Shown: positions 1 through 7,581, counted from the stretch's first letter. The stretch is 18,525 nt of DNA from Methanobacteriota archaeon (GCA_039833815.1 JBDOKE010000060.1:1-18525), one strand, 5' to 3'. Notes: generated by a model not told the origin, from the sequence alone. Numbers and translations are program-made.

Positions 1-707
1 CGGACCACAAGCTCGCCGTGCAGCAGCTGAAGGCGGCGCTCGACCTGCTGGACGCGGACCCGGACCGCGTGGACGTGATCTTCTACGAGTTCATTCACCT
101 GCCGGAGGGCTCGATGTCGACGCGGAAGGGCCGGTACGTGACCCTGGACGAGTTCCTGGACGAGGCCAAGCGGCGCGCGTTAGAGAAGATGCGGGAGGCG
201 GGCGTGGCGGAGGACCTGGACGAGGAGGAGCGGAGGGAGATCGCGGAGAACGTGGCCATCGGGGCGGTCCGGTTCGCCATCGCCCGGGTGAGCCCGAACA
301 AGCCGATCGAGTTCGACTGGGACGAGGCGCTGGACTTCCGGCGGGGCGGTCCGTTCATCCAGTACGCCTACGCGCGCGCCCGGTCGATCCTCCGGCGGGC
401 GGACGAGGACGTGCAGCGGTTCGACGCGGCTTACCTGGACGACGATCACTCGTTCGAGCTGGTCTTCCGGATGTCCATGTTCCCGCGGCAGGTGGCCCAG
501 TGCGTGCGGAAGCGGCGCCCGGACATCCTGGCGGAGTACGCCTACGAGCTCGCCCGGGCGTTCCACACGTTCTACGAGGAGGTGCCGGTGCTGCACGCGG
601 AGGACGAGGAGGTGCGGAAGGCGCGGCTGAAGCTGGTGGAGGCGTTCACCATCGTGATGGAGAACGTCATGAACCTCCTGGGCGTCCCGGCGCTCGAGCG
701 GATGTAG
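1..707 (+). CDS. argS: Arginyl-tRNA synthetase, C-terminal part (5' end lies outside the window)
   Basis: The frame is open from the window edge (codons phased from nt 3: DHKLAVQQLK...) to TAG 705-707. The translation shows the helical anticodon-binding (DALR-type) C-terminal region of class I ArgRS (GPFIQYAYARARSILRRA, ILAEYAYELARAFHTFYEEVPVL, KARLKLVEA). It also has the family-typical ...ERM C-terminus. Confidence 0.9.
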   Translation, partial: DHKLAVQQLKAALDLLDADPDRVDVIFYEFIHLPEGSMSTRKGRYVTLDEFLDEAKRRALEKMREAGVAEDLDEEERREIAENVAIGAVRFAIARVSPNKPIEFDWDEALDFRRGGPFIQYAYARARSILRRADEDVQRFDAAYLDDDHSFELVFRMSMFPRQVAQCVRKRRPDILAEYAYELARAFHTFYEEVPVLHAEDEEVRKARLKLVEAFTIVMENVMNLLGVPALERM

Positions 708-728
708 GCCCCTCCGTCGCCCGGCGGG

Positions 729-742
729 AAACGTTTTGAAAC
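729..742. terminator. AT-rich, partly palindromic spacer (AAACGTTTTGAAAC) between convergent argS and tRNA-Lys; possible bidirectional oligo-T terminator
   Basis: This is the only AT-rich patch between the argS stop (707) and the tRNA 3' end (759). It reads TTTT on the plus strand and GTTTCAAAACGTTT on the minus strand. Archaeal termination commonly uses short T-tracts. There is no experimental support. Confidence 0.3.
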
Positions 743-758
743 TCATAACGATTCGCGG

Positions 759-836
759 TGGTGGGCCGGCCGGGATTTGAACCCGGGACCACGGGATTAA
801 AAGTCCCGCGCTCTAGCCAGACTGAGCTGCCGGCCC
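759..836 (-). tRNA. tRNA-Lys (anticodon UUU), CCA encoded, C at position 8
   Basis: The minus strand reads GGGCCGG-CA-GCTC-AGTCTGGCTA-GAGC-G-CGGGA-CTTTTAA-TCCCG-TGGTC-CCGGG-TTCAAAT-CCCGG-CCGGCCC-A-CCA. By hand folding, all four stems (7/4/5/5 bp) are perfect Watson-Crick. The anticodon loop is CT-TTT-AA and the T-loop is TTCAAAT. Confidence 0.92.
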
Positions 837-866
837 GGCGTCCGTACCGTGGCGGGCGCCGCGTCG

Positions 867-880
867 TATAAAAACCTTTC
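867..880 (-). promoter_or_regulatory. Archaeal BRE/TATA promoter for tRNA-Lys
   Basis: The minus strand reads GAAAGG-TTTTTATA (880 to 867). The TATA centre lies about 34 nt upstream of the mature tRNA 5' end (836), consistent with a TSS a few nt upstream and a short leader removed by RNase P. It is the only strongly AT-rich element in this spacer. Confidence 0.55.
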
Positions 881-1094
881 CCCGCGGGCCGGACTCCGGG
901 GAACTACTTAAATCCCGTCCGAGGGCGGCGGCACGGGGGCGAGACGCCGCAAAAGATGACCCCCGTCTGGGTCCCCCGGGTGAGGCGGCCGTCGCCGTTC
1001 AATGAGCCCGGGACCGGAGGGCGGGGGACACCCCCGCTCCTCACGATCACCGCTGGCTGCTTGTCCGGAGAGGGAGGTGGCGGGGAGGGTGCCC

Positions 1095-2813
1095 GTGAGC
1101 GAGCTGGAGGAACTGAGGAAGGTGATCCGCCGGTACGCGCTGGAGAATGCGGCCAAGTACGACGGCCGGGCGAACCCGAACGCGGTCATGAAGAAGGTGA
1201 TGCGGGAGCACGAGGAGTACCGGGATCGGGCCAAGGAGGTGCTCCGGCTCGTTCGCGAGGTGGTCGAGGAGGTCAACCGGATGTCCCTGGAGGAGATCCG
1301 TCGGGAGCTGGAGGAGCTGGGTGGGATGGAGGAGGAGCGGGCGGAGGAGGAGGGCGGCCTGAAGCCGCTGCCCGGGGCCCGGGAGGGCGAGGTCCGGCTG
1401 CGGTTCGCTCCCAACCCGTCGGGACCGCTGCACCTGGGTCACGCGCGGGCGGCGGTGCTCAACGACGAGTACGCCCGCCGGTACGACGGCGCGCTGATCC
1501 TACGGTTCGAGGACACGGACCCGCGGCGGGTGGATCCGGAGGCGTACGACATGATCGAGGAGGACCTGGAGTGGCTGGGCGTGCGGGTGGACGAGCGGTA
1601 CGTGCAGTCGAACCGGATGGAGCTGTACTACCGGGTGGCGGAGGAGCTGCTGGAGCGGGGCGGGGCGTACGTCTGCACGTGCGACGCGGACGAGTTCCGC
1701 CGGCTGCGGGACCGGGGCCAGGCCTGCCCGTGCCGGTCCCGGGATCCGGAGGAGAACCTGGAGCTGTGGGAGGAGATGCTGGATGGGGCGTTCTCGGAGG
1801 GAGAGGCGGTCGTTCGGGTGAAGACGCGGGTCGATCATCCGGATCCGGCCGCGCGGGAGTGGGTCGCGTTCCGGATCGTGGAGCGGCGGCACCCGATGGT
1901 GGGCGACCGGTACCTCGTCTGGCCGACGATGAACTTCGCGGTGGCCGTGGACGATCACTTCATGGAGGTCACGCACGTCCTGCGAGGGAAGGATCACGAG
2001 TCGAACACGCGCCGGCAGGAGTTCGTGTTTCGGCACCTGGACTGGGAGCCGCCGGAGTACGTGCACTACGGGATCCTGAAGGTGGAGGGGACCGTGCTGA
2101 GCACGTCCAGGATCCGGGAGGGGATCGAGTCCGGCGAGTTCACGGGCTGGGACGACGTGCGGACGGCAACGCTGCGAGCGCTGCGGCGGCGGGGGATCGA
2201 GCCCGAGGCACTCCGGGAGACGATCCTGGAGATCGGGCTGACGGAGGTGGACGCGACCTTCAGCTGGGAGCAGCTGTACGCGCGCAACCGGCGGCTCATC
2301 GACCCCAGGTCCAACCGGTACTTCTTCGTCCGGGATCCGGTGGAGCTGTGGATCGAAGGCCTGGAGGAGCCGTTCGCGGCCACGCTGCCGCTGCACCCGG
2401 ACGAGGACCGGGGCGAGCGGGCGCTCGTGCTGCACCCGGAGGACGGCGGTTGCCGGGTCTGGCTGGACCGGGAGGACGGGGAGGCGCTGGAGGAGGGCGC
2501 GCTGATCCGGCTGATGAACGCGGTGAACGTGAGGATCGAGGAGGTGGGTGAGGACGTCGTGCGGGGCCGGTACGAGGGGGAGGACTACCGGACCGCGCGG
2601 CGGGAGGGGGCCAGGATCGTGCACTGGGTGCCGACGGACCAGGCGATCCCGTGCCGGGTGCTGCGACCGGACGGGTCGGTGGACGAGGGCTACGTGGAGG
2701 CGAACGTGGAGCGGGAGGAGCCGGGGAGCACCGTGCAGTTCGAGCGGCTGTACTTCGCCCGGATCGAGGAGTGTCGACCGAGCGGTGTGAGGGCCGTGTA
2801 TGCGCACGACTGA
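1095..2813 (+). CDS. gltX: Glutamyl-tRNA synthetase (archaeal/eukaryal type)
   Basis: The ORF frame runs 1002-2813. It carries a class I HIGH motif (PNPSGPLHLGHARAA), LSTSR in the KMSKS position, WPTMNFAVAVDDH and HVLRGKDH blocks, and a C-terminal anticodon-binding barrel region. I place the start at GTG 1095 (VSELEELRKVIRRYALENAAKY), which matches the usual archaeal GluRS N-terminus and follows GGAGGGTG. ATG 1002 would add a 31-aa low-complexity extension, so the start remains uncertain. Confidence 0.9.
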   Translation: MSELEELRKVIRRYALENAAKYDGRANPNAVMKKVMREHEEYRDRAKEVLRLVREVVEEVNRMSLEEIRRELEELGGMEEERAEEEGGLKPLPGAREGEVRLRFAPNPSGPLHLGHARAAVLNDEYARRYDGALILRFEDTDPRRVDPEAYDMIEEDLEWLGVRVDERYVQSNRMELYYRVAEELLERGGAYVCTCDADEFRRLRDRGQACPCRSRDPEENLELWEEMLDGAFSEGEAVVRVKTRVDHPDPAAREWVAFRIVERRHPMVGDRYLVWPTMNFAVAVDDHFMEVTHVLRGKDHESNTRRQEFVFRHLDWEPPEYVHYGILKVEGTVLSTSRIREGIESGEFTGWDDVRTATLRALRRRGIEPEALRETILEIGLTEVDATFSWEQLYARNRRLIDPRSNRYFFVRDPVELWIEGLEEPFAATLPLHPDEDRGERALVLHPEDGGCRVWLDREDGEALEEGALIRLMNAVNVRIEEVGEDVVRGRYEGEDYRTARREGARIVHWVPTDQAIPCRVLRPDGSVDEGYVEANVEREEPGSTVQFERLYFARIEECRPSGVRAVYAHD

Positions 2814-3819
2814 CACCAGCAATCCGGCGTGCGTGGCCCTCTCCGGCGGTCGGGACAGCGTGGCCACGGCCCTGCACGCGTCCGAGCGCTGGCGGGTGGA
2901 GGCGGCGGTCACGGTCGTGCACGAGTTCCTGGACGAGACGTGCCTGGAGAACGCTCGGCGGTGCGCGGAGCGGCTGGGGCTGCGGCACGAGCTCGTTCGG
3001 GTGCGCCTGCGGGGGTGGTTCCGCCGCGCCCTGCGCCGCGGCCTGCCCATCTGCACCAAGTGCGCTCGGACGGTGCTGACCGCCGCCTGCCTGCGGGCCA
3101 AGCGCCGGGGGCTGCTCACGGTCCTCACGGGCCACGAGCTGAAGGGGAAGTACGGGCGTCGGGTGGCGCACCCGTACCCGCCCGGTGTGACGATGGTCCG
3201 GTACCCGGCGCTGCGCCGGTGGACGTGGGAGGACGTGGACGAGATCGTCTCGGGCCTGAGCTGGTTCGACGAGGGGTACACGTGCCCCATCCGGCCCTAC
3301 GGGGTGCACCGGTTCATCGAGCGGGTCGGGTACAACCCGCTCACGGGCCGCGCCTGCTCGCTGATGGTGGAGCGCGTGGCCTCGCCGCGGGCGTGCCTGG
3401 AGTACCTGGTTGAGACGGAGACCCCGGAGTGGGATGCGGGGAAGGTGGAGGAGCGGCTGGGGCTGGAGCTGCGCCGGGTGTTCGAGGGCGGGGTGCCGGA
3501 GGGCCCGAGGGACGAGGGGGAGATCGTGCGCGATCTCACGTACCGGCTGCTGATGTTCCTGGAGCGGGCGCTGCGGTCGTACCTGAGCGGGACGCTGAAC
3601 CGGATCGTGCGGACGGAGCGGTTCGCGCAGCTGTACGCGGTGCTCCACGAGTACTCCGGGCTCGACGATCGGGTCGACGATTTAGGGTACGAGTCCCTGC
3701 CCCGGCTCGCCGTGGGGCGGGATGAGGGGGCGGCCCGGAGGCTCCTGAAGGAGACGCGGGCGCTGATGCGGGAGCTGTTGCGTGAGTACGGTCGGGAGAT
3801 CCCGGGGACGCGGGTCTGA
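2800..3819 (+). CDS. PP-loop (N-type) ATP pyrophosphatase superfamily protein with a C-terminal helical domain of unknown function
   Basis: SGGRDS PP-loop motif at aa 15-20 (nt 2842-2859). It is followed by CTKC (Cys85/Cys88, nt 3052-3063) and ...LTVLTGHELKG, resembling the CxxC...GH..D arrangement of the TilS/TtcA-type PP-loop enzymes. ATG 2800 overlaps the gltX stop by 14 nt. The last ~140 aa are acidic and helical with no motif I recognise. Confidence 0.75.
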   Translation: MRTTDTSNPACVALSGGRDSVATALHASERWRVEAAVTVVHEFLDETCLENARRCAERLGLRHELVRVRLRGWFRRALRRGLPICTKCARTVLTAACLRAKRRGLLTVLTGHELKGKYGRRVAHPYPPGVTMVRYPALRRWTWEDVDEIVSGLSWFDEGYTCPIRPYGVHRFIERVGYNPLTGRACSLMVERVASPRACLEYLVETETPEWDAGKVEERLGLELRRVFEGGVPEGPRDEGEIVRDLTYRLLMFLERALRSYLSGTLNRIVRTERFAQLYAVLHEYSGLDDRVDDLGYESLPRLAVGRDEGAARRLLKETRALMRELLREYGREIPGTRV

Positions 3820-3824
3820 GGGGG

Positions 3825-5363
3825 ATGCGCGTGAAGGGGCGCACGGTGCTGGTAATCGGCGTGTGCGGTCCCGTGTGCAACCTGGTGGCCCGGGTGCTCG
3901 CGGAGCGGGATTACCACGTGATCGCCTCGGACGTGAAGGACGAGGAGGAGTGCGAGCTGCTGGACCCGCTGCTGGAGTACCCGAACGTGGAGGTGGTGCT
4001 GGGAGGCCACCCGGAGTGGCTGTTTCGGCGGGCGGACGCGGTGGTCCCGCCGCCCAGCCTGGAGGAGGGATCCCCACCGTACCGGCTGGCCCGTCGGTAC
4101 GGGTGTCGGGTCTGCGAGGTGGAGGACGTGCTCGAGCGGATTCCCCCCACCCGCCCGGTGGTGGGCGTGGGGGGTACGAACGGGAAGACGACGACCGTGG
4201 CGATGATCCGGCACGTATGTCGAGAGCTGGGGCTGGGGGTGCGGGATCACGGGCTGCCGGGGATGCAGGGGAACGTGGGGTACCTGCCTCCGCTGCAGGC
4301 GCGGCTGCCGGGTGACGTGAGCGTGCTGGAGATCGCGACGTTCGGGGAGCGTGGGGAGATCTTGGAGGCGGCGAGGTGGGCGGAGGTGGAGTGCGCGTGC
4401 CTGACGAACATCACGCCGGATCACCTGAACAAGGCGGGTGACTTCCTAACGTACGCGCGGTGCGAGATCGAGCTGCTCGAGCCGGACTCGGTAGAGATGG
4501 CCGTGCTGAACGCGCAGGATCCGCTGGTGGTGGGCGCGCCGGAGAAGGTGGGGTTCGAGGGAGAGGTCGTCTACTTCGGGGTGGAGGCGGAGCCCGTGGG
4601 GACCGCGGAGAAGGAGTGCTGGTGCGGTGGGCGGGCGGTGGTGGAGGAGATCCTCCCGTGGGTGGGCGACTTCCGGTGCGAGTGCGGGCTGGAGACGCCG
4701 TCCCCGGACTACCTGGCCACCGACGTCTCCCTGGACGGGTTCACGCTGGCCTGCCCGGAGGGGGAGCTTGAGGTCAGCCTGCCCGTGATGGGGATGCACA
4801 ACGTGTACAACGCCGTGGCGGCCGCGGCCGTCTGCATCGAGTTCCTGGACCTGGACCCGGAGGAGGTGGTGCGGGCCCTCGGCTCGTTCGAGGGGGTGGA
4901 GGGTCGGCTCGACGTCGTGTGGGACGACGGTGAGCGGGTGGTGATCGTCGACTACGGGCACAACCCGGCGGGCGTGGAGGCGACCCTGCGGTGCCTGAGG
5001 CAGGCGTACCCGGACCGGCGCCTGTGCGCGGTTGTCGCGGTGGCCTCGGAGCTGGGTCCGGAGGGGGACCGCGAGATCCTGGAGCGGGCGGCCCGGCTCG
5101 CGGATCGGGTGGTCGCGGCCTCGTACGCGTGCTACCGCGTGCTCGAGGAGGTGGGGGCGGATAACGTGGTGGCGGCGGAGAGCGCCGCGAGGCGGTTCGA
5201 GAAGCGGGGGACGCTGGGCGCCTCCCGGGAGCAGGTGCTGGACGGGCTGCGGACGGCGCTGGAGTCGGAGTGCGAGGTGATCGTGCTGTTCGGTGAGGCG
5301 GCGCTGAAGTTCAAGGAGGACGTGCTGCGGGAGCTCGAGGAGGCGCTGGGGGAGGAGGGTTGA
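3825..5363 (+). CDS. Mur-ligase-family peptide ligase, MurD-like architecture (candidate pseudomurein peptide ligase)
   Basis: N-terminal Rossmann-like segment (TVLVIGVCGPVCNLVARVLAERDYHVIASD), as in MurD. P-loop VGVGGTNGKTTT, plus TNITPDHL, GMHNVYNAVAAAA, EGRLD and DYGHNP motifs of the Mur ligase central and C-terminal domains. ATG 3825 lies 5 nt after the previous stop and is preceded by GAGGGGG. Confidence 0.88.
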   Translation: MRVKGRTVLVIGVCGPVCNLVARVLAERDYHVIASDVKDEEECELLDPLLEYPNVEVVLGGHPEWLFRRADAVVPPPSLEEGSPPYRLARRYGCRVCEVEDVLERIPPTRPVVGVGGTNGKTTTVAMIRHVCRELGLGVRDHGLPGMQGNVGYLPPLQARLPGDVSVLEIATFGERGEILEAARWAEVECACLTNITPDHLNKAGDFLTYARCEIELLEPDSVEMAVLNAQDPLVVGAPEKVGFEGEVVYFGVEAEPVGTAEKECWCGGRAVVEEILPWVGDFRCECGLETPSPDYLATDVSLDGFTLACPEGELEVSLPVMGMHNVYNAVAAAAVCIEFLDLDPEEVVRALGSFEGVEGRLDVVWDDGERVVIVDYGHNPAGVEATLRCLRQAYPDRRLCAVVAVASELGPEGDREILERAARLADRVVAASYACYRVLEEVGADNVVAAESAARRFEKRGTLGASREQVLDGLRTALESECEVIVLFGEAALKFKEDVLRELEEALGEEG

Positions 5364-6499
5364 AGGTCCTGTTCGTGGGGGCCCGGCTGTTCCGGGACGT
5401 GGCGGAGTACGCCGGGTCCACCGGGGTGTACCGGATCCTGACCGAGTCGAACCCGGAGAGTCGGGACTGGGAGCTGGCGGACGAGGTGCACTTCGTGCCC
5501 CGAGGGATGGAGCACCCGGCGCGGATCGCGCTCGAGCGGAGGGTGGACGGGGTGGTCCCGCTCATCGGCGTGGACGATCCGCTGCTCGAGGTGGCGGAGA
5601 TGAAGGAGCGGCTGGAGTCGGAGGGGATCCCCGTCGCCGCCTCCGGGGTGGAGGGGACGCGGACCGGGGTGGACAAGATCCGGGCGAAGCGGGCGTTCGA
5701 GGAGCTGAACATTCCGACGCCGGAGTGGGAGGTGGTGGAGAATGAGCGGCCCCGGCTGCGTCCGCCGCTCGTCGTGAAGGATCCGCGGTCGCAGGCCGGG
5801 ATCAACGTGAGCGTGTACGAGCGGTCCGCGCCTCGGGTGCACGGGAGGCGTCTGGTGGAGGAGTTCGTCGAGGGGGCGGAGGTGTCGATCGAGGTGCTGT
5901 CCTGGGACGGGGAGGTCGTACCGCTCGTGCCGGTGTTCAAGGGTTCGACGCTGGACGAGGATCACCCGATCGAGCGGATGCGGCTGGCGCCGGCCCCGCT
6001 GGACGGATCGGTGGAGCGGGGGATCAAGCGCTGCGCGGTGCGGCTGGTGAAGCGGCTGGGGCTGGAGGGGACGGTCGACTTCGACGTGGTGGTGCGGGAG
6101 GGCGAGTTCTGGTTCCTGGAGTTCAACCCACGGCCCAGCGGTACGCGGTACATGACCTCGGGCTGCTCCGGGGTCTGGCCGCTGCGGGAGCTCGTGGACA
6201 TGGTGGTGGGGCGCTGGCGACCGCCCCGGGTCAGGAAGGTCTGGCACGCGATCGAGTGCCCGGTGTGGAACGCGTCCCGTCGGGGGCCCCTTAGGGAGCG
6301 GTTCGACGGTGGGGTGTACCACGTGTTCTACGAGTACCGAGGCCGGGTGGACGTGGCCGGAAGGATCACCGTCCGGGGTGAATCGTTTAAGGAGGCGTTT
6401 GAGAGGCTGCGGTCGGCCTTCCGGGCGGCGGGCGCGAACGTGCGACTGGCGGAGAAGGAGTTCGAGCTGAGGATCAGGGAGGCCGGCAGGTTCCTGTAG
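5360..6499 (+). CDS. ATP-grasp superfamily ligase (CarB/Ddl-like fold; candidate amino-acid ligase)
   Basis: DKIRAKRAFEELNIPTPEW, then a substrate/ATP-binding core (LVVKD..., EEFVEGAEVSIEVL), then the Mg-binding FLEFNPRPSGT (E-x-N) signature of ATP-grasp enzymes. It is a single ATP-grasp unit of 379 aa. TTG 5360 overlaps the upstream TGA (TTGA) and is preceded by GGGGAGGAGGG; GTG 5375 is an alternative start. Confidence 0.8.
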   Translation: MKVLFVGARLFRDVAEYAGSTGVYRILTESNPESRDWELADEVHFVPRGMEHPARIALERRVDGVVPLIGVDDPLLEVAEMKERLESEGIPVAASGVEGTRTGVDKIRAKRAFEELNIPTPEWEVVENERPRLRPPLVVKDPRSQAGINVSVYERSAPRVHGRRLVEEFVEGAEVSIEVLSWDGEVVPLVPVFKGSTLDEDHPIERMRLAPAPLDGSVERGIKRCAVRLVKRLGLEGTVDFDVVVREGEFWFLEFNPRPSGTRYMTSGCSGVWPLRELVDMVVGRWRPPRVRKVWHAIECPVWNASRRGPLRERFDGGVYHVFYEYRGRVDVAGRITVRGESFKEAFERLRSAFRAAGANVRLAEKEFELRIREAGRFL

Positions 6500-7581
6500 T
6501 GGGGAGGAGCGCGTTGATCGTGGAGACGTTCTCGATCTCCACGGCGACGTCCTGGGTCACCGTGCGACTGCTTCGCCGGTACATGCGGGAGGCCAGGGTG
6601 GTGGACCGCCCGATCGTCACGGAGCACTCGCACAAGGCCGGCACGCCGATCATGGGCGGGTTCGGGATCCTGCTGGGCACGGTCGCGGGGCCGCTCCTGG
6701 TGTCGATCCAGGCGCTCCCACCGGCCGTTTCCGCACTCCCGATGCTGGTGCTGGGCGTGGTGGACGACCTGCTCGGGCTGCAGGTGGAGGAGTTTCAGAA
6801 GGTGGTGAAGAACGTTTCCAATGAGCCGATCCGGATCGGTCGGCTCGTGCTGCGGCCCGGTGAGGAGGCGCGCGTGGCCACGGAGCGGGCCAAGCGGGAC
6901 CTGAAGCGGCTGCTGCGAGAGGCCCCGGATAAGATCGAGATCGTGGGCGAGGTGCCGGTCAAGAAGGAGCTGAGCGAGCGGGAGAAGCTGGCGCTGCAGG
7001 CCGGTGCCTCCCTGTTCGTGCTCCCCATCGTGCCCGCCACCTGGCTCTGGTTCCCGCACCTCGGCGCGATCGACCTGTCCTGGCTGTTCTACCCGCTGGC
7101 GGTCTTCGGCGTGGTCGGGGCCACCAACGCGGTGAACCTGATCGACGGGATGGACGGCCTGGCCGCGGGGCTGCTGTTCCTCGCCTCCTTGGCGTGCTCC
7201 GGGGTGTGCTTGACCCACAATCAGCTCCCCGGGGCCGCGTTCTTCGCGGCGCTCGCTGGCGCCTCCCTGGGCTTCCTGTTCCACAACAGGTACCCGGCCA
7301 AGATCTTCATGGGGGACACGGGCAGCTGCTTCCTGGGGGCCGCGTACGCGGCCGGCGCCGTGTACTACAAGATCGAGGTGCCCGCCATCGTCGCCCTGGG
7401 CGTGCCCGTCGGGTCCACGATCATCAGCCTCCTGCACCGGGCGGGCGTGATCAAGCTCGCGGTGGAGCCGCTGCATCATCATCTCCAGTACAAGTACGAC
7501 CTGCCCGAGCCGGTCGTGGTGGCGCTGCACTGGATGGCCGGCGCCGTCTGCGCGGGCATCGCCCTCTGGCTCGCGGGGTGA
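6499..7581 (+). CDS. MraY-like polyprenyl-phosphate phospho-sugar transferase (glycosyltransferase family 4)
   Basis: Multi-pass membrane protein with DRPIVTEHSHKAGTPIMGG, a VVDDLLGL (DD) motif, NAVNLIDGMDGLAAG, FMGDTGS and EPLHHHLQ (HHH at nt 7474-7482). The HHH loop is characteristic of MraY rather than WecA/AglH-type members. The start is either GTG 6499 (1-nt overlap with the upstream TAG) or TTG 6514, which lies 5 nt after GGGAGGAG. Confidence 0.88.
   Translation: MGRSALIVETFSISTATSWVTVRLLRRYMREARVVDRPIVTEHSHKAGTPIMGGFGILLGTVAGPLLVSIQALPPAVSALPMLVLGVVDDLLGLQVEEFQKVVKNVSNEPIRIGRLVLRPGEEARVATERAKRDLKRLLREAPDKIEIVGEVPVKKELSEREKLALQAGASLFVLPIVPATWLWFPHLGAIDLSWLFYPLAVFGVVGATNAVNLIDGMDGLAAGLLFLASLACSGVCLTHNQLPGAAFFAALAGASLGFLFHNRYPAKIFMGDTGSCFLGAAYAAGAVYYKIEVPAIVALGVPVGSTIISLLHRAGVIKLAVEPLHHHLQYKYDLPEPVVVALHWMAGAVCAGIALWLAG

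Noticed and set aside
953-1012. Possible C/D-box sRNA (AGATGA at 953-958, GTGAGG at 980-985, AATGAG at 1001-1006)
   Set aside because: The box C match is imperfect, and there is no CTGA D or D' box at the required ~12-nt spacing. No terminal stem is present.
1002-1094. ATG 1002 as the gltX start (31-aa N-terminal extension MSPGPEGGGHPRSS...)
   Set aside because: The extension is low complexity and unlike GluRS N-termini. GTG 1095 is preceded by a GGAGGGTG purine run and starts exactly at the conserved helix. It is kept as a possible alternative, not excluded.
837-1094. GC-rich palindromes (CCGCGG, CCGGACTCCGG, CCCGGG) and a TTAAAT element (908-913) upstream of gltX; also considered a tRNA-adjacent integration site
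   Set aside because: Short GC palindromes are expected by chance at this base composition. I saw no integrase or transposase gene, and no duplicated copy of the tRNA 3' half. TTAAAT could be a gltX TATA box, but it would imply a ~150-nt leader, which I cannot support.
956-3648. Very long ORFs overlapping gltX and the PP-loop gene in other frames or on the other strand (956-2551 +, 1500-3290 -, 2296-3648 -)
   Set aside because: Their translations are Arg/Pro/Gly/Ala low-complexity strings with no motifs. They lie antisense or off-frame to genes with strong family signatures. Stop-codon-poor shadow ORFs like these are expected in high-GC DNA.
3297-7530. Antisense ORFs 3297-4424 (-), 5132-6322 (-) and 6328-7530 (-) opposite the ligase, ATP-grasp and MraY-like genes
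   Set aside because: Same shadow-ORF character: R/P/H/Q-rich with no recognisable domains. The sense-strand genes carry unambiguous Mur-ligase, ATP-grasp and GT4 motifs.
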